A stretch of 64,000 nt of DNA from NCBI GenBank assembly GCA_964016885.1, contig OZ024744.1, positions 120,838,001 to 120,902,000 on the forward strand. Reading direction: 5' to 3'. The notes beneath the pieces were generated by a model. It ran no database searches, was not told the origin of the DNA, and saw only the letters and a list, made by a program, of their open reading frames with translations. This DNA is from Eledone cirrhosa. Taxonomy: Eukaryota. Shown one piece after another: positions 1-12,100 of this stretch. The first letter of the stretch is position 1. Every line of letters starts with the position of its first letter. The position numbers were made by a program, and so were the translations under genes.

Positions 1-2537
1 CCACATGTCATAGTATTAGAGCTGTGATCTCTCAATTCAGAGATTCTTTCCTGAGACATTCTAACCACATGTCATAGTATCAGAGCTGTGATTTCTCAAT
101 TCAGAGATTCTTTCCTGAGACATTCTAACCACATCTCATAGTATCAGAACTGTGATCTCTCAATTTAGAAATTCTTTCCTGAGACATTCTAACCACATGT
201 CATAGTATCAGAGCTGTGAACTCTCAATTCAGAGATTCTTTTCTTATACATTCTAACCACATGTCATAGTATTAGAGCTGTGATCTCTCAATTCAGAGAT
301 TCTTTCCTGAGACATTCTAACCACGTTATAGTATCAGAGCTGTGATATCTCAATTCAGAGATTCTTTCATGAGACATTCTAACCACATGTCATAGTATCA
401 GAGCTGTGATCTCTCAATTCAGAGATTCGTTCCTGAGTACTTCTAACCACATGTCTGTAGTATCAGAGCTGTGATCTCTCAATTCAGAGATTCTTTCCTG
501 AGATATTCTAACCACATGTCATAGTATCAGAGCTGTGATCTCTCAATTCAGAGATTCTTTCCTGAGACATTCTAACCACATGTCATAGTATCAGAGCTGT
601 GAACTCTCAATTCAGAGATTATTTCCTGATACATTCTTACCACATGTCATATTATCAGAGCTGTGATCTCTCAATTCAGAGATTCTTTCCTGAGACATTC
701 TAACCACGTCATAGTATCAGAGCTGTGATATCTCAATTCAGAGATTCTTTCATGAGACATTCTAACCACATGTCATAGTATCAGAGCTGTGATCTCTCAA
801 TTTAGATATTCTTTCCTGAGACATTCTAACCACATGTCATAGTATTAGAGCTGTGATCTCTCAATTCAGAGATTCTTTCCTGAGACATTCTAACCACGTC
901 ATAGTATCAGAGCTGTGATATCTCAATTCAGAGATTCTTTCATGAGACCTTCTAACCACATGTCATAGTATCAGAACTGTGATCTCTCAATTCAGAGATT
1001 CTTTCCTGAGACATTCTAACCACATGTCATAGTATTAGATCTGTGATCTCTCAATTCAGAGATTCTTTCCTGAGATATTCTAACCACATGTCATAGTATC
1101 AGAGCTGTGATCTCTCAATTCAGAGATTCTTTCCTGAGACATTCTAACCACATGTCATAGTATCAGAACTGTGATCTCTCAATTCAGAAATTCTTTGCTG
1201 AGACATTCAAACCACATGTCATAGTAGCAGAGCTGTGAACTCTCAATTCAGAGATTCTTTCCTGATACATTCTAACCACATGTCATAGTATCAGAGCTGT
1301 GATCTCTCAATTCAGAGATTCTTTCCTGAGACATTCTAAACACGTCATAGTATCAGAGCTGTAATATCTCAATTCAGAGATTCTTTCATGAGACATTCTA
1401 ACCACCATGTCATAGTATCAGAGCTGTGATCTCTCAATTTAGATATTCTTTCCTGAGATATTCTAACCACATGTCATAGTATTAGAGCTGTGATCTCTCA
1501 ATTCAGAGATTCTTTCCTGAGACATTCTAACCACATGTCATAGTATCAGAGCTGTGATCTCTCAATTCAGAGATTCTTTCCCAAGACATTCTAACCACAT
1601 CTCATAGTATCAGAACTGTGATCTCTCAATTTAGAAATTCTTTCCTGAGACATTCTAACCACATGTCATAGTATCAGAGCTGTGAACTCTCAATTCAGAG
1701 ATTCTTTTCTTATACATTCTAACCACATGTCATAGTATTAGAGCTGTGATCTCTCAATTCAGAGATTCTTTCCTGAGACATTCTAACCACGTTATAGTAT
1801 CAGAGCTATGATATCTCAATTCAGAGATTCTTTCATGAGACATTCTAACCACATGTCATAGTATCAGAGCTGTGATCTCTCAATTCAGAGATTCGTTCCT
1901 GAGAACTTCTAACCACATGTCTGTAGTATCAGAGCTGTGATCTCTCAATTCAGAGATTCTTTCCTGAGATATTCTAACCACATGTCATAGTATCAGAGCT
2001 GTGATCTCTCAATTCAGAGATTCTTTCCTGAGACATTCTAACCACATGTCATAGTATCAGAGCTGTGAACTCTCAATTCAGAGATTATTTCCTGATACAT
2101 TCTAACCACATGTCATATTATCAGAGCTGTGATCTCTCAATTCAGAGATTCTTTCCTGAGACATTCTAACCACGTCATAGTATCAGAGCTGTGATATCTC
2201 AATTCAGAGATTCTTTCATGAGACATTCTAACCACATGTCATAGTATCAGAGCTGTGATCTCTCAATTTAGATATTCTTTCCTGAGACATTCTAACCACA
2301 TGTCATAGTATTAGAGCTGTGATCTCTCAATTCAGAGATTCTTTCCTGAGACATTCTAACCACGTCATAGTATCAGAGCTGTGATATCTCAATTCAGAGA
2401 TTCTTTCATGAGACCTTCTAACCACATGTCATAGTATCAGAACTGTGATCTCTCAATTCAGAGATTCTTTCCTGAGACATTCTAACCACATGTCATAGTA
2501 TTAGATCTGTGATCTCTCAATTCAGAGATTCTTTCCT
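1..2537. repeat. Block duplication, offset 1466 bp (23 monomers): about 1-1071 repeated at about 1467-2537
   Basis: Marker CCACATCTCATAGTATCAGAACT at 129 and 1595. The following variants (TTTTCTTATAC, CCACGTTATA, GATTCGTTCC, GATTATTTCC, GAGACCTT) occur in the same order in both copies. Confidence 0.85.
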
Positions 2538-5500
2538 GGGATATTCTAACCACATGTCATAGTATCAGAGCTGTGATCTCTCAATTCAGAGATTCTTTCC
2601 TGAGACATTCTAACCATATCTCATAGTCTAAGAGCTGTGATATCTCAATTCAGAGATTCTTTCCTGAGACATTCTAACCGCATGTCATAGAATCAGAGCT
2701 GTGATCTCTCAATTCAGAGATTCTTTCCTGAGACGTTCTAATCACATGTCATAGCATTAGAGATGTGATCTCTCAATTCAGAGATTCTTTCCTGAGAAAT
2801 TCTAACCTCATGTCTGTAGTATCAGAGCTGTGATCTCTCAATTCAGAGAATCTTTCCTGAGACATTCTAATTCCATGCCCACAGTATCAGAGCTGTGATC
2901 TCTCAACTCAGAGATTCTTTCCTGAGACATTCTAACCACATGTCATAGTATCAGTGCTGTGATCTCTCAATATAGAGATTCTTTCCTGAGATATTCTAAC
3001 CACATGTCATAGTATCAGAGCTGTGATCTCTCAATTCAGAGATTCTTTCCTGGGATATTCTAAGCACATGTCATAGTATTAGAGCTGTGATCTCTCAATT
3101 CAGAGATTCTTTCCTGAGACATTATTACCACATGTCATAGTATCAGTGCTGTGATATCTCAATTCAGAGATTCTTTCCTGAGACATTCTAACCACGTCAT
3201 AGTATCAGAGCTGTGATATCTCAATTCAGAGATTCTTTCATGAGACATTCTAACCACATGTCATAGTATCAGAGCTGTGATCTCTCAATTTAGATATTCT
3301 TTCCTGAGATATTCTAACCACATGTCATAGTATTAGAGCTGTGATCTCTCAATTCAGAGATTCTTTCCTGATACATTCTAACCACATGTCATAGTACTAG
3401 AGCTGTGATCTCTCAATTCAGAGATTCTTTCCTGAGACATTCTAATCACGTCATAGTATCAGAGCTGTGATATCTCAATTCAGATATTCTTTCATGAGAC
3501 ATTCTAACCACATGTCATAGTATCAGAGCTGTGATCTCTCAATTCAGAGATTCTTCCCTGAGACATTCTAACCACATGTCATAGTATTAGATCTGTGATC
3601 TCTCAATTCAGAGATTCTTTCCTGGGATATTCTAACCACATGTCATAGTATCAGAGCTGTGATCTCTCAATTCAGAGATTCTTTCCTGAGACATTCTAAC
3701 CACATCTCATAGTCTAAGAGCTGTGATATCTCAATTCAGAGATTCTTTCCTGAGACATTCTAACCACATGTCATAGAATCAGAGCTGTGATCTCTCAATT
3801 CAGAGATTTCTTCCTGAGACATTATAACCACATGTCATAGTATTAGAGCTGTGATCTCTCAATTCAGAGATTCTTTCCTGAGAAATTCTAACCTCATGTC
3901 TGTAGTATCAGAGCTGTGATCTCTCAATTCAGAGAATCTTTCCTGGGATATTCTAACCACATGTGATAGTATCAGAGCTGTGATCTCTCAATTCAGAGAT
4001 TCTTTCCTGAGACATTCTAACCACATCTCATAGTCTAAGAGCTGTGATATCTCAATTCAGAGATTCTTTCCTGAGACATTCTAACTCCATGTCCACAGTA
4101 TCAGAGCTGCGATCTCTCAATTCAGAGATTCTTTCCTGAGACATTCTAACCACATGTCATAGTATCAGTGCTGTGATCTCTCAATATAGAGATTCTTTCC
4201 TGAGATATTCTAACCACATGTCATAGTATCAGAGCTGTGATCTCTCAATTCAGAGATTCTTTCCTGGGATATTCTAACCACATGTGATAGTATCAGAGCT
4301 GTGATCTCTCAATTCAGATATTCTTTCCTGAGACATTCTAACCACATGTCATAGGATCAGAGTTGTGATCTCTCAATTCAGAGATTCTTTCCTGAGATAT
4401 TCTAACCACATGTCATAGTATTAGAGCCGTGATCTCTCAATTCAGAGATTCTTTCCTGAGAAATTCTAACCTCATGTCTGTAGTATCAGAGCTGTAATCT
4501 CTCAATTCAGAGAATCTTTCCTGAGACATTCTTACTCAATGTCCACAGTATCAGAGCTGTGATCTCTCAATTCAGAGATTCTTTCCTGAGACATTCTAAC
4601 CACATGTCATATTATCAGTGCTGTGATCTCTCAATATAGAGATTCTTCCTGAGATATTCTAAACACATGTCATAGTATCAGAGCTGTGATCTCTCAATTC
4701 AGAGATTCTTTCCTAGGATATTCTAACCACATGTCCTAATATCAGAGCTGTGATCTCTCAATTCAGATATTCTTTCCTGAGACATTCTAACCACATGTCA
4801 TAGTATCAGAACTGTGATCTCTCAATTCAGAAATTCTTTCCTGAGACATTCTAACCACATGTCATAGTATGAGAGCTGTGAACTCTCAATTCAGAGATTC
4901 TTTCCTGATACATTCTAACCACATGTCATAGTATCAGAGCTGTGATCTCTCAATTCAGAGATTCTTTCCTGAGACATTCTAACCACGTCATAGTATCAGA
5001 GCTGTAATATCTCAATTCAGAGATTCTTTCATGAGACATTCTAACCACATGTCATAGTATCAGAGCTGTGATCTCTCAATTTAGATATTCTTTCCTGAGA
5101 TATTCTAACAACATGTCATAGTATCAGAGCTGTGATCTCTCAATTCAGAGATTCTTTCCTGAGAACTTCTAACCACATGTCTGTAGTATCAGAGCTGTGA
5201 TCTCTCAATTCAGAGATTCTTTCCTGAGATATTCTAACCACATGTCATATTATCAGAGCTGTGATCTCTCAATTCAGAGCTTCTTTCCTGAGACATCCTA
5301 ACCACATGTCATAGTATCAGAGCTGTGAACTCTCAATTCAGAGATTCTTTCCTGATACATTCTAACCACATGTCATAGTATTAGAGCTGTGATCTCTCAA
5401 TTCAGAGATTCTTTCCTGAGACATTCTAACCACGTCATAGTATCAGAGCTGTGATATCTCAATTCAGAGATTCTTTCATGAGACCTTCTAACCACATGTC

Positions 5501-8500
5501 ATAGTATCAGAGCTGTGATCTCTCAATTCAGAGATTCTTTCCTGAGACATTCTAACCACATGTCATAGTATTAGATCTGTGATTTCTCAATTCAGAGATT
5601 CTTTCCTGGGATATTCTAACCACATGTCATATTATCAGAGCTGTGATCTCTCAATTCAGAGATTCTTTCCTGAGACATTCTAACCTCATCTCATAGTCTA
5701 AGAGCTGTGATATCTCAATTCAGAGATTCTTTCCTGAGAACTTCTAACCACATGTCTGTAGTATCAGAGCTGTGATCTCTCAATTCAGAGATTCTTTCCT
5801 GAGATATTCTAACCACATGTCATAGTATCAGAGCTGTGATCTCTCAATTCAGAGATTCTTTCCTGAGACATTCTAACCACATGTCATAGTATCAGAACTG
5901 TGATCTCTCAATTCAGAAATTCTTTGCTGAGACATTCAAACCACATGTCATAGTAGCAGAGCTGTGAACTCTCAATTCAGAGATTCTTTCCTGATATATT
6001 CTAACCACATGTCATAGTATCAGAGCTGTGATCTCTCAATTCAGAGATTCTTTCCTGAGACATTCTAAACACGTCATAGTATCAGAGCTGTAATATCTCA
6101 ATTCAGAGATTCTTTCATGAGACATTCTAACCACATGTCATAGTATCAGAGCTGTGATCTCTCAATTTAGATATTCTTTCCTGAGATATTCTAACCACAT
6201 GTCATAGTATTAGAGCTGTGATCTCTCAATTCAGAGATTCTTTCCTGAGACATTCTAACCACATGTCATAGTATCAGAGCTGTGATCTCTCAATTCAGAG
6301 ATTCTTTCCTGAGACATTCTAAACACATGTCATAGTATCAGAACTGTGATCTCTCAATTCAGAAATTCTTTCCTGAGACATTCTAACCACATGTCATAGT
6401 ATCAGAGCTGTGAACTCTCAATTCAGAGATTCTTTTCTTATACATTCTAACCACATGTCATAGTATTAGAGCTGTGATCTCTCAATTCAGAGATTCTTTC
6501 CTGAGACATTCTAACCACGTTATAGTATCAGAGCTGTGATATCTCAATTCAGAGATTCTTTCATGAGACATTCTAACCACATGTCATAGTATCAGAGCTG
6601 TGATCTCTCAATTCAGAGATTCTTTCCTGAGACATTCTAACCACATGTCATAGTATCAGAGCTGTGAACTCTCAATTCAGAGATTATTTCCTGATACATT
6701 CTAACCACATGTCATATTATCAGAGCTGTGATCTCTCAATTCAGAGATTCTTTCCTGAGACATTATAACCACGTCATAGTATCAGAGCTGTGATATCTCA
6801 ATTCAGAGATTCTTTCATGAGACATTCTAACCACATGTCATAGTATCAGAGCTGTGATCTCTCAATTTAGATATTCTTTCCTGAGACATTCTAACCACAT
6901 GTCATAGTATCAGAGCTGTGAACTCTCAATTCAGAGATTCTTTCCTGATACATTCTAACCACATGTCATAGTATTAGAGCTGTGATCTCTCAATTCAGAG
7001 ATTCTTTCCTGAGACATTCTAACCACGTCATAGTATCAGTGCTGTGATATCTCAATTCAGAGATTCTTTCATGAGACCTTCTAACCACATGTCATAGTAT
7101 CAGAACTGTGATCTCTCAATTCAGAGATTCTTTCCTGAGACATTCTAACCTCATGTCATAGTATTAGATCTGTGATCTCTCAATTCAGAGATTCTTTCCT
7201 GGGATATTCTAACCACATGTCATAGTATCAGAGCTGTGATCTCTCAATTCAGAGATTCTTTCCTGAGACATTCTAACCACATCTCATAGTCTAAGAGCTG
7301 TGATATCTCAATTCAGAGATTCTTTCCTGAGACATTCTAACCGCATGTCATAGAATCAGAGCTGTGATCTCTCAATTCAGAGATTCTTTCCTGAGACGTT
7401 CTAATCACATGTCATAGTATTAGAGCTGTGATCTCTCAATTCAGAGATTCTTTCCTGAGAAATTCTAACCTCATGTCTGTAGTATCAGAGCTGTGATCTC
7501 TCAATTCAGAGAATCTTTCCTGAGACATTCTAATTCCATGTCCACAGTATCAGAGCTGTGATCTCTCAATTCAGAGATTCTTTCCTGAGACATTCTAACC
7601 ACATGTCATAGTATCAGTGCTGTGATCTCTCAATATAGAGATTCTTTCCTGAGATATTCTAACCACATGTCATAGTATCAGAGCTGTGATCTCTCAATTC
7701 AGAGATTCTTTCCTGGGATATTCTAACTACATGTGATAGTATCAGAGCTGTGATCTCTCAATTCAGATATTCTTTCCTGAGACATTCTAACCACATGTCA
7801 TAGGATCAGAGTTGTGATCTCTCAATTCAGAGATTCTTTCCTGAGATATTCTAACCACATGTCATAGTATCAGAGCTGTGATCTCTCAATTCAGAGATTC
7901 TTTCCTGAGACATTCTAACCACATGTCATAGTATTAGAGCTGTGATCTCTCAATTCAGAGATTCTTTCCTGAGAAATTCTAACCTCATGTCTGTAGTATC
8001 AGAGCTGTAATCTCTCAATTCAGAGAATCTTTCCTGAGACATTCTTACTCCATGTCCACAGTATCAGAGCTGTGATCTCTCAATTCAGAGATTCTTTCCT
8101 CAGACATTCTAACCACATGTCATATTATCAGTGCTGTGATCTCTCAATATAGAGATTCTTTCCTGAGATATTCTAAACACATGTCATAGTATCCGAGCTG
8201 TGATCTCTCAATTCAGAGATTCTTTCCTAGGATATTCTAACCACATGTCCTAATATCAGAGCTGTGATCTCTCAATTCAGATATTCTTTCCTGAGACATT
8301 CTAACCTCATGTCATAGTATCAGAACTGTGATCTCTCAATTCAGAAATTCTTTCCTGAGACTTTCTAACCACATGTCATACTATGAGAGCTGTGATCTCT
8401 CAATTCAGAGATTCTTTCCTGAGACATTCTAACCACGTCATAGTATCAGAGCTGTAATATCTCAATTCAGAGATTCTTTCATGAGACATTCTAACCACAT

Positions 8501-9179
8501 GTCATAGTATCAGAGCTGTGATCTCTCAATTTAGATATTCTTTCCTGAGATATTCTAACCACATGTCATAGTATCAGAGCTGTGATCTCTCAATTCAGAG
8601 ATTCTTTCCTGAGAACTTCTAACCACATGTCTGTAGTATCAGAGCTGTGATCTCTCAATTCAGAGATTCTTTCCTGAGATATTCTAACCACATGTCATAT
8701 TATCAGAGCTGTGATCTCTCAATTCAGAGATTCTTTCCTGAGACATCCTAACCACATGTCATAGTATCAGAGCTGTGAACTCTCAATTCAGAGATTCTTT
8801 CCTGATACATTCTAACCACATGTCATAGTATTAGAGCTGTGATCTCTCAATTCAGAGATTCTTTCCTGAGATATTCTAACCACGTCATAGTATCAGAGCT
8901 GTGATATCTCAATTCAGAGATTCTTTCATGAGACCTTCTAACCACATGTCATAGTATCAGAGCTGTGATCTCTCAATTCAGAGATTCTTTCCTGAGACAT
9001 TCTAACCACATGTCATAGTATTAGATCTGTGATCTCTCAATTCAGAGATTCTTTCCTGGGATATTCTAACCACATGTCATATTATCAGAGCTGTGATCTC
9101 TCAATTCAGAGATTCTTTCCTGAGACATTCTAACCTCATCTCATAGTCTAAGAGCTGTGATATCTCAATTCAAAGATTC

Positions 9180-12100
9180 TTTCCTGAGAACTTCTAACCA
9201 CATGTCATAGTATTAGAGCTGTGATCTCTCAATTCAGAGATTTTTTCCTGAGACATTCTAACCACATGTCATAGTATCAGAGCTGTGATCTCTCAATTCA
9301 GAGATTCTTTCCTGAGACATTCTAACTATATGTCATAGTATCAGAACTGTGATCTCTCAATTCAGAAATTCTTTCCTGAGACTTTCTAACCACATGTCAT
9401 AGTATCAGAGCTGTGAACTCTCAAATCAGAGATTCTTTCCTGATACATTCTAACCACATGTCATAGTATCAGAGCTGTGATCTCTCAATTCAGAGATTCT
9501 TTCCTGAGACATTCTAACCACATGTCATTGTATTGGAGCTGTGATCTCTCAATTCAGAGATTCTTTCCTGAGACATTCTAACCACATGTCATAGTATCAG
9601 TGCTGTGATCTCTCAATTCAGAGATTCTTTCCTGAGAAATTCTAACCTCATGTCTGTAGTATCAGAGCTGTGATCTCTCAATTCAGAGATTCTTTCCTGA
9701 GACATTCTAACCACATGTCATAGTATCAGAGCTGTGATCTCTCAATTTAGATATTCTTTCCTGAAATATTCTAACCGCATGTCATAGTATTAGAGCTGTG
9801 ATCTCTCAATTCAGAGATTCTTTCCTGAGACATTCTAACCCCTTGTCTGTAGTATCAGAGCTGTATGCTCTCAATTCAGAGATTCTTGCCTGGGACATTC
9901 TAACCACATGTCATAGTATCAGAGCTGTGATCTCTCAATTCAGAGATTCTTTCCTGAGAAATTCTAACCTCATGTCTGTAGTATCAGAGCTGTGATCTCT
10001 CAATTCAAAGATTCTTTCCTGATACATTCTAACCACATGTCATAGTATCAGAGCTGTGATCTCTCAATTCAGAGATTCTTTCCTGAGACATTCTAACCAC
10101 ATGTCATTGTATCGGAGCTGTGATCTCTCAATTCAGAGATTCTTTCCTGAGACATTCTAACCACATGTCATAGTATCAGAGCTGTGATCTCTCAATTCAG
10201 AGATTCTTTCCTGAGAAATTCAAACCTCTTGTCTGTAGTATCAGAGCTGTGATCTCTCAATTCAGAGATTCTTTCCTGAGACATTCTAACCACATGTGAT
10301 AGTATCAGAGCTGTGATCTCTCAATTTAGATATTCTTTCCTGAAATATTCTAACCGCATGTCATAGTATTAGAGCTGTGATCTCTCAATTCAGAGATTCT
10401 TTCCTGAGACATTCTAACCCCTTGTCTGTAGTATCAGAGCTGTATGCTCTCAATTCAGAGATTCTTTCCTGAGACATTCTAACCACATGTCATAGTATCA
10501 GGGCTGTGATCTCTCAATTCAGAGATTCTTTCCTCAGACATTCTAAGCACATGTCATATTATCAGAGCTGTGATCTCTCAATTCAGAGATTCTTTCCTGA
10601 GAAATTCTAACCTCATGTCTGTAGTATCAGAGCTGTGATCTCTCAATTCAGAGATTCTTTCCTGAGACATTCTAACTCCATGTCCACAGTATCAGAGCTG
10701 TGATCTCTCAATTCAGAGATTCTTTCCTGAGATATTCTAACAACAAGTCATAATATCAGAGCTATGATCTCTCAATTCAGAGATTCTTTCCTGAGACATT
10801 CTAACCACATGTCTGTAGTATCAGAGCTGTGATGTCCCAATTCAAAGATTCTTTCCTGATACATTCTAACCACATGTCATAGTATCAGAGCTGTGATCTC
10901 TCAATTCAGAGATTCTTTACTGAGACATTCTAACCACATGTCATAGTATCAGTGCTGTGATCTCTCAATTTAGATATTCTTTCCTGAGATATTCTAACCA
11001 CATGTCATAGTATTAGAGCTGTGATCTCTCAATTCAGAGATTTTTTCCTGAGACATTCTAACCACATGTCATAGTATCAGGGCTGTGATCTCTCAATTCA
11101 GAGATTCTTTCCTGAGACATTCTAACTATATGTCATAGTATCAGAACTGTGATCTCTCAATTCAGAAATTCTTTCCTGAGACTTTCTAAGCACATGTCAT
11201 ATTATCAGAGCTGTGATCTCTCAATTCAGAGATTCTTTCCTGATACATTCTAACCACATGTCATAGTATCAGAGCTGTGATCTCTCAATTCAGAGATTCT
11301 TTCCTGAGACATTCTAACCACATGTCATTGTATCGGAGCTGTGAACTCTCAATTCAGAGATTCTTTCCTGAGACATTCTAACCACATGTCATAGTATCAG
11401 AGCTGTGATCTCTCAATTCAGAGATTCTTTCCTGAGAAATTCTAACCTCATGTCTGTAGTATCAGAGCTGTGATCTCTCAATTCAGAGATTCTTTCCTGA
11501 GACATTCTAACCACATGTCATAGTATCAGAGCTGTGATCTCTCAATTTAAATATTCTTTCCTGAAATATTCTAACCGCATGTCATAGTATTAGAGCCGTG
11601 ATCTCTCAATTCAGAGATTCTTTCCTGAGACATTCTAACCCCTTGTCTGTAGTATCAGAGCTGTATGCTCTCAATTCAGAGATTCTTTCCTGAGACATTC
11701 TAACCACATGTCATAGTGTCAGAGCTGTTATCTCTCAATTCAGAGATTCTTTCCTCAGACATTCTAAGCACATGTCATATTATCAGAGCTGTGATCTCTC
11801 AATTCAGAGATTCTTTCCTGAGACATTCTAACTCCATGTCCACAGTATCAGAGCTGTGATCTCTCAATTCAGAGATTCTTTCCTGAGATATTCTAACAAC
11901 ATGTCATAATATCAGAGCTATGATCTCTCAATTCAGAGATTTTTTCCTGAGACATTCTAACCACATGTCTGTAGTATCAGAGCTGTGATGTCTCAATTCA
12001 GAGATTCTTTCCTGATACATTCTAACCACATGACATAGTATCAGAGCTGTGATCTCTCAATTCAGAGATTCTTTACTGAGACATTCTAACCACGTCATAG

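Noticed and set aside
4711-5170. Apparent adjacent-base swaps (CTGAG to CTAGG; GACATT to GAACTT) as a special mutational mechanism
   Set aside because: Plausible stepwise intermediates are common in the array (CTGGG; GAAATT), so ordinary successive substitutions explain them.
9798-9995. 65-aa ORF from the ORF track
   Set aside because: It has a GTG start and lies wholly within three satellite monomers. The peptide repeats itself (ISQFRDSFLR twice) because it is the repeat read in shifting frames, and it is open only because local variants remove stop codons. There is no coding context.
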